From Folioceros fuciformis (lineage: Eukaryota), in contig JBNGIO010006081.1 in assembly GCA_049999805.1 (NCBI GenBank), positions 141,327-183,650 on the forward strand: a stretch of 42,324 nucleotides of DNA, read 5' to 3'. Positions 12,124 through 23,980 of this stretch are shown piece by piece. The notes under the pieces are model-generated. The model saw only the letters and a list, made by a program, of their open reading frames with translations, made no database searches and was not told the origin of the DNA. The stretch's first letter is position 1, and each line of letters starts with the position of its first letter. The position numbers and the translations under genes were made by a program.

Positions 12124-12459
12124 TCTTTGTAGCCCTCTAGCTCTGTATGTTCTTGTTGACTCGTGATTTGAATAAAGAGCGGCAGCAAGGGTGTTGGCTG
12201 TAAGTCCTCCTAGAAGAGGAGGGCGGGCTACTTGGAGGCCTAGTGCTGTGTCCGGTGTTTAAAACTGACCCTTGCTTTGGCTTCTAACTGCGTGGTTCTA
12301 CCCCACCCCGTTGAAGGGGGTGTTACTTGGTAAGTGTTTTAAATTAAGCTATTAAAATTATTATATGTAAGCAATAAATTGTATGGATCACTTTAATTAT
12401 GATAATACAAGAAAATTAGTTTGTATTCATAACTTAGATAGTTATGGATAGCTTATAAC

Positions 12460-12939
12460 TTATATGCTAATAAAAAATATTCAATTCATACGGATTTAGG
12501 GTTCGTAGATCCATTATAATTTAACTAACTTTGTTATGATTTAATGAACCACTCTTGTAATTTAATTTAAAAATAAATTCCCATGACAAATTGACTTATT
12601 TGATCACGACGGACAAGCTTGCTGCATATTGTAAGTTGAACTTTATGAAAATTGATAACTCTACTATGAACTTCAAAACAAAGATGTATTTTTTATTACT
12701 TATACGTTAATAAAAAATATTCAATTCATACAGATTTAGGGTTCGTAGATCCATTATAATTTAATTAACTTTGTTATGATTTAACTAACCACTCTTGTAA
12801 TTTAATTTAAAAATCAATTCCCATAACAAATTAACTTAATTGATCACGATGGACAAGCTTGCTGCATATTGTAAGTTCAACTTTATGAAAATAGATAACT
12901 CTACTATGAACTTCAAAACAAAGATGTATTTTATATTAT
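12460..12939. repeat. AT-rich 240-bp tandem duplication (2 copies)
   Basis: 12481 and 12721, 12541 and 12781, and 12661 and 12901 align at an exact 240-nt offset with scattered substitutions. Confidence 0.93.
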
Positions 12940-13507
12940 TGAAAAAAAAGATAGAAAGTCCCATTTCTCCAAGTCTCGAGCAAGGTTAAAAGTCAAAAGC
13001 TGAAAGGTACTTATGCTTTTTGGCTCATACCAAGGTGCTAATTTCTTCGAGCTAAAAGGTACTAGCCCTTTCGAACATCATTCTCAAAAACTACTTAGTG
13101 CTCTCGGCATCCCTCAAAAACTACTTAGTGATCTCAGCATATCATGATGTAGAATAACTAAAAGACCTCCCTACCACCACTAATCTAAGCAATCTCCACC
13201 AATCTAAGCAATCTAAGCTTAAGCTTGTTGCTTTTGCACTTAAAAGTAGATTGTGCTTTAAAAGAAATAACTCTATAGACTATATGAAGTATGCTTCCTA
13301 AACCCTAAATTAGATAACAAATTCCATAACCTATGTCAATACTGCATATTCTGAGGAATGACTCATGTACTTTAGAATGTGGGAAAATATTTGTAAGGTC
13401 GTCAAAGATGTCCGCACCAGACAGAGGCGTATTATTGCACATATGAAGGTGGGCCACCATGAGTACTGACAATGTCCACCTAGTTCCAGGAGCCCTGGTA
13501 AGTTATT

Positions 13508-14793
13508 TCATTTCCTGCTAGTGCCCAGAACTATCTCCTCGTATGGGTGCACGGAGTCGTAGATCGTTGGCTCGGGAAAATCCTTAGGCAAAGACCTCCA
13601 GTGCAAAGAAGGGTGCCAGTCCGTTCGCTCTAAATTCTCGAGAAGGATCTTGAGAAGAATCCTACTTCCAGCGGAGGCTAGGTGCATGCCATCTCTGAAC
13701 TCATAACAGATGACCACAAAGTAGGTTTAGTAACAGGCTAATGACAGTGTAGTGAAGGGAGAAACTGAGGCAACCTAGACACTAGAGGCCTTGGCACAGG
13801 TGTGATCTTACGTCAAGCACTTGGTTTCCCAGTCGGGCTCTTGTTGGAGGGAGGTCCACAGGTCGATTACTCCAACGTCCAGCTCACGAGCAACACTCTT
13901 GCAGGCGGCGGCGTACTCCCCAGCTCGCTCGTTCGTCCGATCCAAGTACTGCCCAGCTTCTAGCACCCCAAATTTGTCCCTGAAAATCACCAAACAGCTA
14001 TCATGTTTTCGGTGCAGTTCCAAATTTCGCACTGTCAGATCAAACAACGAGGTATGATGTACAGGGGAATGTATCACGGGAACCAAACCTGGCCACTGCC
14101 CGGCGTGCGTCTTCGTTGATTGGGGGGGCTGTGATTAGGATCACTCTCGTGGTTTCAGACAGTCCCTGCACCACCCACGCACATCGTTGGGTACGCTCAG
14201 CACACTGAATTCTATCGTACTAGTCCGCCACACGATGCAAAGACGCAGTCTCCCCCACCTTGAGATGAGTGGCGATGCGCCGCAAGTTGTCCTGGAATTC
14301 CGGGATGGGAACAGCCTGTCCCCTACCAGATGGAACAGGAACCGCAGCATCGTTTGCTCCGAAGAAGACTGTAACCAGATCCGGCTGCCTAGGAGCGTCC
14401 TGCAACCCGTCGCCCGCACCTCAAGACCGTCAGCGAGCACTCCGACACCGGCTTCCCCTCATCCAGCATACAAGTGGCAGGCATGAAACAGGAGATCACC
14501 TTGGGAAACAAGCTCTCCAAGACTGTAACAGCTCGGCGGGTGTTCCATCCGGAGAATCCTCTGAGTAGTACGTCCGCCTGAAGGTTCACACAGTCAAAAG
14601 CGTGGCAGGTCTCCAAATAAGGAAATCACACACTTCCGTATGCCCGTAGCTGTGGAATCAGAACAACATGTGCCCCGCGCACCTTTCGAGAATAGAGATC
14701 CGTGAGCGCAGCTCCCCAGCCTTCTTCCTTGAAGGAGAATTCGGTCATGGAAGCACCAAACAGCACAAACAGAGGTCGGGTGTGTCCCGCCAT
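13508..14793 (-). CDS. SGNH/GDSL esterase, isoamyl-acetate-hydrolysing esterase (IAH1/CPRD49)-like
   Basis: Block I FVLFGASMT, block II LRGFSGWNTR, block III VFFGANDA and block V DGMHL. Six exons with GT-AG introns (first 14793-14683, second 14577-14500); stop at 13508. Confidence 0.92.
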
Positions 14794-15217
14794 AGCCGTA
14801 TCATAAACGATATCTACCCACAGGAGCAGATTCTTCACGTTTGTCAACCAAATACCGGGCAATACCCGATAGTAGTTCGTCTGAAGGCGTGACCGGCCAG
14901 AAGTTGGTAGCGCGAACCTTCCCTGCCGCTGGTCCCCTAACGGTTCGGCATTCAATGCATCTTTCGTTGGGAACAGTGTATGCTCTTTTCATGTTCGAGA
15001 ATCTCACGTGCCTGCGCTTACAAATTCAGGAGCTATTTAACGCGTGACGGCGTGCCTCCCCATCGTCGTTTGCGTCCGGAGAGGACAGTGGTGGGCATCA
15101 CCCTTCGTCATTCCGTCCTTCTAAATCCCATCACCATGGGTTGCAAAGATACCACACAGTCTCCACTAACTGGTTTGCCAGAGGACTGACCAGAGGAGTT
15201 TAGTGCTGCAACTATGT

Positions 15218-18200
15218 TTAATCCTGGTATGGAAGAACGTCGGACCCTACTCTAAGCATCCGGTGATTCTGGGGGTCCGTGATGGGCCTTGAATTCTCCT
15301 GTACAAGTAGCATACCGAAGTTCACCTGGCCCTGCACAACCATGAGTCACCATCAAGTTCGACCCAAAAAGACAGGCCAGGAAACTGTACAACACCTCTT
15401 CAGCTCTCAGCTTTGTAACCTTGAAGTTCCGGTACGTGGAAAGAGTCCGCAGTGGCTCAAACTGGTTCTCACGCTGCCCAGTTGACTGATTTATATTGAT
15501 CATGGTGCATCGATTGCAGCCACCCAATACCTGCAAACCAGAAGTCAAGAGTTGTGAGCATTCTTGAGCTCCATGAGTGGTGTAGCCTGGAAACATGTCG
15601 TCGACATGGTGTTGAAGGATTGAATTACGTTTGCATGCCAGAATATACAAATCAAAACGACTTACCTCGAAGTCATTGTCGCCTATTTTGACTGACTTCC
15701 ACTTGTCCTCTGCGTAAGGAGAGCCACCGGATACAACAAGGTTTGGCCGAAACTGTGAAGCCGCTACCTCCATGCTGCCTTGCCCAGAGGAGACCACACG
15801 TTTATTAACATCATCCACACTCGCTTGCGACACAAGCAGAAACTGTCCTTCGTTGGCAAAGCTAAGTTCACGTCTTTGCATTGCTGACGTGCTCGTGGAC
15901 TCTGTTGGTACCGCACATATCTTACTTTGCCTTGTCCACCGGTTCTTGGCCTTTTTCCTCAACAACGAGCAAGGTAAACCCAGCACGTCTGACAGCCATT
16001 CAGTAACCTCAGGATGGAACTCAGATAATCCAGGTCTGACACAAACCATGTCACACGTTAGGCTTGCACACCAGTGAACAGGTAAAACCATGACTGCAAG
16101 CCAAGTAACCAACCCTTGGTTGTTGACATCGTCTTCACTACAGCTGGTCAGAGGCACTTGGAGCCCTTTCCTCTTATTCGGGGCTCCGATGTGAAGCTTC
16201 CCATTTGCGAGGTCAATCCAAGTTTGGATTAGGCACATGGATGGGTTCTGCAACTCCACGGCTCAGACTTCCAGCATATTCCATCCAGTATGAACATGAA
16301 AGAGACAAGTTAGCTGTACGGGCAATAAAGCTAGAGGGGTTGAAGGGACACACCATCTTCTGAGTGAGGGTATTTCCACTAGCTGTCACTACGCAAAATT
16401 CCCTGTCGTACAAGAGTCCTGCAAATCAGCACCGTTAGACAGCTCTTAAGAGCTGAAAAGCTAGCTCTCAAAGAAACAGATTCCAGCAAGCTATCCCTTA
16501 CCAGTGTCACTGAGAGCCCAGGCCTGCACGAGGAACCCAGCACAGGATTTGATTGGATAAACTATGATGGATTCGAGCGTGATTGTAGCAGAGGGATTGA
16601 TCCTTTTCCCCAATATCTTCCCAGGCTCGCAGCCTGATTGTGATTCAACCATCCAGTTCAGAAACGAGTAGTACCAGAGCAGGGATACGATGGAGACAGT
16701 CGAAGAGCAGACACAGACTCACCGTTGATTGCATGGGTCGCCTGAGTGTCAGCACAGCTCAAATTTGCACGAGCTGTTTTTTCCACGAAATATTTTTCAA
16801 TAAAGGAGATAAATATCTGCTGTGTGCAACAAATCGTGCAGCTGTTACCAGCGAGTCCACTTAAGAGAACACCTGTCTCTCAAAAACCCATGAAAAATAT
16901 CCATGCTACTATCACCTCAACATCCTCATAGGATGACATGAAGCCGAAAGAGACTCGTACAGCTCCGGTGGGCTTGCCATTAATGACATCATGATCATCC
17001 CAACAGACGTGGCCGCTCTGCATTACGATCGTCCAACAGATAAGTCCAGTTGTTTTGTCAGTCAAACCGCAAGTGCCTTCAAGTCTTCATACAAAAAGTG
17101 GGGCTGCTTGCCTCAAAATTCTGTTGCAGCTCAGTGTGGGACAGCCCTATGTACTTGGCACACGCTCCAGGATTGCAGAAGCAGCCACCCTGGTAGACAC
17201 AGTTTACAGAAGGTTGGGAGACCCGTCAGACTGTGCATCCGTAGGCTGCAGATGGATTGCCCATACACACCCCTGTGAATCGCACAACATCAGCCGAACC
17301 TATTTAGCCATTTGAAAAGCCCCGAGAATGCTTCCTACCCGAAGATGAATGTTGTTTAAGGCTGCAAACCTTTCAACTTCACGATAGCCAACCCACGACC
17401 CATCTGCCCTCTTGAGGTTGAAAGCGATCACCGGCCCTTGCTGACACTGTTGACCCCAGTATTGCTGTTGGACATCCCAACAGCATAAGACAACGTGAAT
17501 AACCCAGCGTTGCGGAGGCAGAAAAATAAGTCACCTATACAAGCCACACAGCGTCCTCATTTGGCCCAAAGGAATATTCAACAGGGTCAGCAGGCAGTTC
17601 AGCTACGGACTTACCGTAGGATGACCAGGTGACAGACAATGAGTTCCATACAACGTGCACACTTCCTTCCCGTTCTTATGCCTTAAGGTCATCAACTTGT
17701 GAGCTGTAAACCTTGTCAAAGCACCTGTGTGCCTGTCATTGTTTTTATCTCACATCACCACCTTCTCGTAACAGGGAGATAGAGGGGCTCACCAAAGTTT
17801 ACTACAGGCAAAGTTTTCTACTACGCTACTAGAACGTGTGCCTAGTACAGCTACACGTTCTAGTAGCGTCAAAACATGCCATACCTCTGAATAGCAGGCA
17901 GAGTCAACTGATTGATCAAGGAAAAACCATGACGAAGGGCTGCAACGGCAAGGAAGGATGGCGTTCCATCTTCAAGCCATTGTTCCAACTTATCTCGCTT
18001 CTGCATGAAGTCCACGTCTGCTATTGAAACCGCTACCGTGCCTGCCGCCAGAAAACGTCAGACACGTCATCCCTTGCAGGATGAACGTTCATACAAATCG
18101 TTCGGATCCGATCACATACCACCACCGAAGTACTTCTTCTTCAATAAGTTTGCAGCACCTGAAAAAAGTGTCACGAGTGACTCTGTAGTTATTGAGGTTG

Positions 18201-19911
18201 CCGACTCAAAAGCGTACCATTGAGTAACTGCTACTGTACAAAGATGCATACCATTCCGCACAAGTAGGGCACCGAGGCCCGTAGGGTACCCAAAGATCTA
18301 GAAACGATTCAAGACAAAACGTGAGTCGGTGTTTTCAGACAGAGACCGATTAACCATGACCCGATAAGAAATGAAATGGGTCTCCATGAGGTGGGAATTC
18401 ACCTTGTAAAAGGAGACAGCAACAAAGTCGGCGGGAAAACGAGAAAGGTCAGGAGGAGAAGTCCCACATGCCTTGGCAGCATCGACGACAACTAGCCATT
18501 TGCCCCTGTCAAATCCTCAGAACTTCATCATCAACCTGCTAGGTATGTAAGCCAGCGTTGAAAGAAACATTAAAGACGAATGGACAGCAGCTAAGGGCGA
18601 CACTCGTCGAAATTATCAGTTTAATCTTGCCGCTACCTGACACCTGTGACATGCTTCCCCCATTTCATGTCATTGACCAGCTGGAGGTTGAACTTTGCAC
18701 CAGAGAAGTTGCACTCTCCGGGGAAAGCAAAAAGATTGTACACCTCTCCTGCCAATCACGCAGGAAGATGGAAAAAAGTTGAGTTCTGTGGGCATAATCA
18801 GAAGAAACGAGTAAAGGGAGCAGTACACCACATGCTGACCTTCCACATCCTGAAAGGAGGAAAACCGTCGTCTCTGAGGCTTTCTCAGACTAAAACTACT
18901 CGCGCCACCAGGCACATCACCACTCGGTTCAATGTCCACTGCCGTAACGGTGGCTCCTTTCTCTAGCGCATACCTTGCCATCGTTAAGCAAAAGAGCACG
19001 AGAGTACAATTGGCAAATCCATTGACCTCCCTCAACACAAGTCTCATTGCACAACGGTATCACAATTCCACACGACTTCATCCCAATTCATCTGTTTGGT
19101 ACGCAGCAGAGCTAACAAGGATACTCCCTCAATCCCAGCACACTGTTGTGATTCTCCATAGTATACATGTAGTGGCTATCACTACTCCACGGAAAAGCCT
19201 CTCCAACAAGCTTCAGTGCCGAAGTTGCTCCGGACGTGAAGATACACTTATAATCCGCTACAGAGGCATTGCAAAACTTCAAGACCTGGAAAGGCCAGGC
19301 ATATTCAGAAGGGGAAATCATTGCGAACACGAACATTCTTCCACAAGCTATAGTTACTCTGCTGTCACGTTCTTCAAGACGCAATTCCCACGCAAGACTA
19401 AACCTTCTACCTGAGAGCGGGCAGATTCCATCAACTCTGCTGTCCTGGTGCTGCTGTCATTCTGGCTATCTACAATGCGGCTGTCAGGGAACCCGCCACT
19501 AGACTGAGTGAGCCACGGCAGCTGCCAGAGCACGGAATCGAATGCAACCTAGGAAAGGATACGAGGATTCCCGTAAAGATTATCCGACAGATCCTGCAAA
19601 ACCGCTCGCAACTGCCCGTCCGTGTGCAGCGTGGCTCCGGCGTGGTCCAGGTACACCGCCCCCGCTTCCAGACGCTTGAACTCCCCCGACCGCAGTCTGT
19701 CAAGGGACAAAATTCCCCCGGGATACCCATACTCCGCTGCGTAGGTGCGGAGGAACTCCTTCTTCCTGTCATGGTGAATTTGAGTAAGATCAAGCTCCTC
19801 CGGGCTCTTGTGTCTCAGCAGCAGCGCAGGCAGCAGCTTGAGCTGCGCGCACACTGAGGCCAGCAGCAGCGCGAGCCATTGGAGCAGGATCCTGTGCAAA
19901 TTGTCCGCCAT
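15218..19911 (-). CDS. ABA3: molybdenum cofactor sulfurase (ABA3/LOS5, MOCOS)
   Basis: NifS-like domain ([82 protein letters not shown]) plus MOSC domain ([43 protein letters not shown]). Many short exons; stop TAA at 15218-15220. Confidence 0.96.
17018..17111 (-). other. GC-AG intron in ABA3
   Basis: Exon ...AAT TTT GAG is followed by GCAAGC. Splicing here to cag|AGC GGC CAC restores [12 protein letters not shown] in frame. Confidence 0.8.
18974..19124 (-). other. U12-type (minor spliceosome) GT-AG intron in ABA3
   Basis: 5' splice site GTATCCTTG; branch point TGCTTAAC 9 nt before the end of the intron; removal restores GLRE-YALE. Confidence 0.85.
19470..19562 (-). other. U12-type (minor spliceosome) GT-AG intron in ABA3
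   Basis: 5' splice site GTATCCTTT; branch-like TTCCCTGAC 13 nt before the end of the intron, no polypyrimidine tract; removal restores GNP-H-SQ. Confidence 0.85.
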
Positions 19912-21524
19912 GTGAGGCCCGGTTTTAGACACACTGTTGGAAGGAAGCTGGATTTAAGCGAGGCCAGAGCGGAGATCGGAGAGCAGAGCCGGGCCCCGCG
20001 GAGACAGCACTTGTGTCACAAGGAGTCGTGAGGGGCCGCAGCTTGGTGTGTCACATGGCAGCCCACATGGAGCGTGTAGGAGAACGGTCGGTACGACTCA
20101 TCTCGGGGAGTCCAACCTGGTGGGCAGACTGAGGTAACCAGGCGCAGACCAGAGGTCTTGTGGCGGTGGCGCCGTGTGTTCCGTTTTGTGGGGATGTGAT
20201 AAGGCAAGTCTGCCCCACTAGAAGCTCCGATTTTTGTTGCTCTCGTGATTTACGCTTGGCTTCAGCACCGGCATTGCTGGGGCACGGGAAATCATGGGCT
20301 ACCGTAGATAGCAATGGATGAGCGGGAGAGGAGAGAGATGTGGATATTATTTGGGTCGTGAGCAGGTCTGGGGTCTGCTTGGCTGTTCCGTTCCGAGGTG
20401 GTGGTGTCTGAGACGTCTGAAGGGTGTACACCTTCCTGGAAGGGAGAACGGAGGGAGGAAGGAGAGAATTAAAGGAAGAAGATTGGGAGAAAGAAGGGAA
20501 GGAGGAAAGAAGAAAAGGGAGCTAGCTATGTTGGTGTCGGGCTCGGCTGTTTGTGGGTTTTGCTGGTGGGGTTTATCTGCGGAGAAAGATTCTGTGTGAG
20601 AGGGGGCCCTTTTACCTCGACGCTGCTCGCCCTATCCAATCTTGTCTGACTCTGCGCAGGGCTGCAGGTGGGCAGAGTTGCTATGGAGGGGGTAGAGGGG
20701 TAAAAGACAGGGAGACGCATATCAATCCTGCAGCTCCCACTAGCGGCGTGGGAGCCCAGTTGCCTGTTCTGGCCCCTTCCCTCCCTCCCTTGTTGCTGCT
20801 GTGGTGCTGTAGCCTGCTGTTGCACTGGGAGGGAAATCTGGCGACACTGCAGACAGATCGGGACAGGGCCCGGCCTGGACCCAGACCCCTGTGGGAGCTG
20901 GATTCTAGGAGCTGCAGTGGTGTGGGTTGCTGATCTTTTCGGGCAAGAATTTCGGGTCCGGGCAGGTTGCATGTCGCATTTGTTGGGCAGTGTGGTGGTG
21001 GAGGCGCACGTCGGGGAGAAGGAGGCGGAGGAGTATCGTAAAGCACCTGCGGCGGGAGCAGCACCAATTGGGCGGGTTGCGAAATACGGAGGAGTAGGCG
21101 GCGGATGGGGCCATGGCAGGGACTGGGTGATGACTGAGGTCCGCTCCTCTGGACCTATGGTGCTGGGTTTGGTGTGCTCCGGCTTGTGGTGGTGTGTTGT
21201 ATGGGTGTGCCATACCCCCCCCTCCTGCTCCTAGGACATCGCAGCACGGGCTTCGCTTCCCCCTGCTGCTGCTTTCTCCCTTCCTTTGCCTTCCTTTGCC
21301 TTGCGTGACCTGTCCCGAACCTTTGTGGCCCGCTTCGTTTTCCTCCTTCCCTTCCGGTTGGAGTGCGCAGTGCAGTGCAGTGCAGATGATACCTGTTGCT
21401 GGGTGGGTAGGTGGATGGATAGGAGGTTCATGTTCCTAGAAGCACACACAGGCATTGAGGCAGACGCATAGCAGCGAGTCTGAATTCGGCGGCAAGGACT
21501 GAGCTGAGATTGACGGGCCTCATC

Positions 21525-23120
21525 ATGGCCGAGCGCCTCGTGAGGATGGGCTTCCCAATTGACTGGTGTGAGTGTGCTCTGAAACACAGCTCGGACCTGG
21601 ACACTGCGCTGGACCTGTTGTTGCGGTGGCAAGAGGAAGCGAGGCAGGCGGCGGCGCCCGCAGCTCCGGAACATGAGGCCTCCAATTCTCTCACGCCCAC
21701 CTCGCCGCGCTTCCTGCCCTCCCTCTCGCTCTCCGGATCCTCAGGCAGGAGCACCAACCGCGCGCAGATGTTCCCGGTGATAGCCAGCAGCGACGCAGTG
21801 GTTCCGCACGGCAGTGAGAGTGAGCAGGAGCACCAGCAAGTCCCACTGCCTCAGTATCAGGTGCTTGTTTTCTGCCATGCTCGCCACCGCATGTCTCCGC
21901 CATTGCTGTTTGCGAGGAGGATTTCATGCCAGGCCATCCCACTCCTGTTGGTGGGATCTAAAGCTGCTCCTCTCCTCTGTATTTTCTCCTCCTCCTAGTC
22001 CAGTGAGTTCGCATACATGGAATCTTGCATGTCCTGCCCTGGCCGCCTGGCTGTCCAGAGAGCAGAAACTCAGGGCTGGGGATATGCACTCGGGCTCGGG
22101 CTCAGGCGGCACCCCCGTTGCCTTGCTTTGCTTTGCTTTGCAGGAGCGTGATGGCGTCAAGAGAAAGTCTTGTGATGACTTTCAGAGAGTCAGGAAACTG
22201 CTCTTTCGCCCCACGCATGCTCAGAAACATAGCGTCCTAGACGGAGCTAGACCCATCCGAGTGCAAGGTGAGAGCCATGCGCGTGAGTGGAGTCGAGTCA
22301 AGTAAAGGCAGTGGCATGTTGTGCGCAGCTCATCGTTGTTGGATTTGTCGCAGGACCTGCTCAGTCAGTTGAGGTAGAGTCCCTTGAAAGTGTGGAGTGC
22401 AAGATGGATAGGTCTGTTTCCAACGCCCACAGCAAGCCGAATCCTCTTGGCGAAAGCGTCTGTTACGGTCAAGGGCACGTCAGAGGACGAAGGAGCGGTG
22501 GAAGTCTGGACTTGGACGGGGAGAGGGTGAGGCTGAGGGAGCTTGCATTGCAGTCGGCGGCCTGGAGGATGTCTGAAGCAGCAGCCATGTTCCGCGACGG
22601 GCTCCAGCCAGACAAGGGAGAGGCGGGTGGTCATTTCCACTGCCCAGCCAGTCCTGTAAACGAAGAAGTTTACGATGACCAGGCGGTGGACGAGGGTTGG
22701 ACCTCCATCATGGAGATCGATGAACCACAGAAAGTGTTACCTTCCTCAGGAGTGAAGGGAAATGATTCTGGATTCAACTCCTCCAGTGGTACAAGCACGG
22801 ATAATGACAATCAGTCGGTGGATGGTCCCGAGTGTGCACTCGGTTTGCAGACTGGAGCGTGCTTGGTTAACTTACAGTCCCATGCTTGCGATGACAACGA
22901 CATGACCTTGATAGGTGTGTCAGCCAAACAAAGGGGAAGGTTGCCTTCCGGCTCTTGGTGTCCCAACCCTCCTAAGAAGCTGCAGCGAACTTGCGAAGAC
23001 AGTCACCCACACGATCCTGGGATCGGCAGTTTTCATCTGCAGGGAACGGTTCCTGGCACTGGCAGAGCCCCGATTAGACATCAATGGCAACCATCTGACA
23101 CTCTCTTTAGGTATGTCTGA
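21525..23120 (+). CDS. hypothetical protein with N-terminal UBA-like domain and long disordered region
   Basis: MAERLVRMGFPIDWCECALKHSSDLDTALDLLL has the UBA MGF...AL...LL signature. Exons 21525-21860, 22144-22267 and 22354-23120 join in frame (about 408 aa). The 3' end is uncertain because of a possible donor AG|GTATGT at 23110. Confidence 0.55.
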
Positions 23121-23980
23121 GGTGGTTGTTTCAGGATTGTGCCACCGCTTTGCTTCTCAGATTGTCTAGGGCCCTTTGTAGTCTTGTTTGTTTTGTTAAA
23201 GGGATGCTTGTGTGAGGAAAAAATTGTGTGGCATGTTTTGTGCACAGTGTAGCCGAAGGGGAGCAACATGTGAGCCGCAGGGAAGGGAAGGAGCACGCCT
23301 ACCAATAGTAGGACCGAGTTGGCATGCGTCCATGATGAGGTCAGGGTTGCTCACTGAAGGAACGTAGGCAGCGCTGGGTGGGTGATCGGTTTGTCTCTTA
23401 AGGCACGAGCATGTACATAATCAAATACTTAGCGGTGCATGTGTTTGGTCTCTTGTCTGGTCCAATTACACAGTTCGTGTGGAGGAAAGGCGTAGCCTGC
23501 TTTCGTGCGTTGCATTCTGACGTGTACAGTAAGATGATCCAAGTCTTCAGGAATGTAAGAGCCTGCTATGTGAGAAGATTTACTACTGCCATTGATTGGC
23601 ATGAGAGTGCCTGCGACTCTGTACCAAATGGTTTTCTTTTCTTTTCTTTTTCTTTTTTTGCTGGCCATTGTCTCGACCGCAAACTGGGGATGATGTAAGC
23701 CAAGCCGGACTTGCAGTAGCCGTAGACTGAGAGGGGCAGTTTGTAGGGGGAAGTTCGAATGAAGATTCAGAGAAATTTTTTGTCCGCAGAAAAAAACATT
23801 TCCTTTGACTGTATTGTAATGTATTATGGTGTGAACTTCGTGTTGATTGCAAGGGAATCTTTCCGGCGAGACGTCATGCTGATTATATTTTGGTGCCGGA
23901 TGCCTTTCTCGTCTCACACGGAACTTCGTCTGTTGCCGTGTCCACGAACGTACTGTGACAAGATCGAATCACATGAGATT

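Larger units (their letters stand above)
11551..12327 (+). mobile_element. solo LTR-like element with AGTAACA...TGTTACT termini and 5-bp TSD (TGGTA)
   Basis: 7-bp terminal inverted repeat; TGGTA at 11546-11550 and 12328-12332; internal TATA (tataaaa, about 11828) and AATAAA (12171); U3-style internal tandem repeats; no coding capacity. Confidence 0.7.

Noticed and set aside
11278..13356. Short inverted match tcagaatat / atattctga as TIRs of a DNA transposon
   Set aside because: Only 9 bp in AT-rich sequence, with no target-site duplication.
20016..21480. ORFs and a possible pri-miRNA between ABA3 and the UBA gene
   Set aside because: I found no match to the conserved plant miRNAs I checked from memory, no long hairpin by eye, and the ORFs are low complexity. 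RNA folding and small-RNA data would be needed.
23332..23357. ATGATGA...CTGA as a C/D box snoRNA
   Set aside because: The boxes are only 15 nt apart, far too short for a snoRNA.
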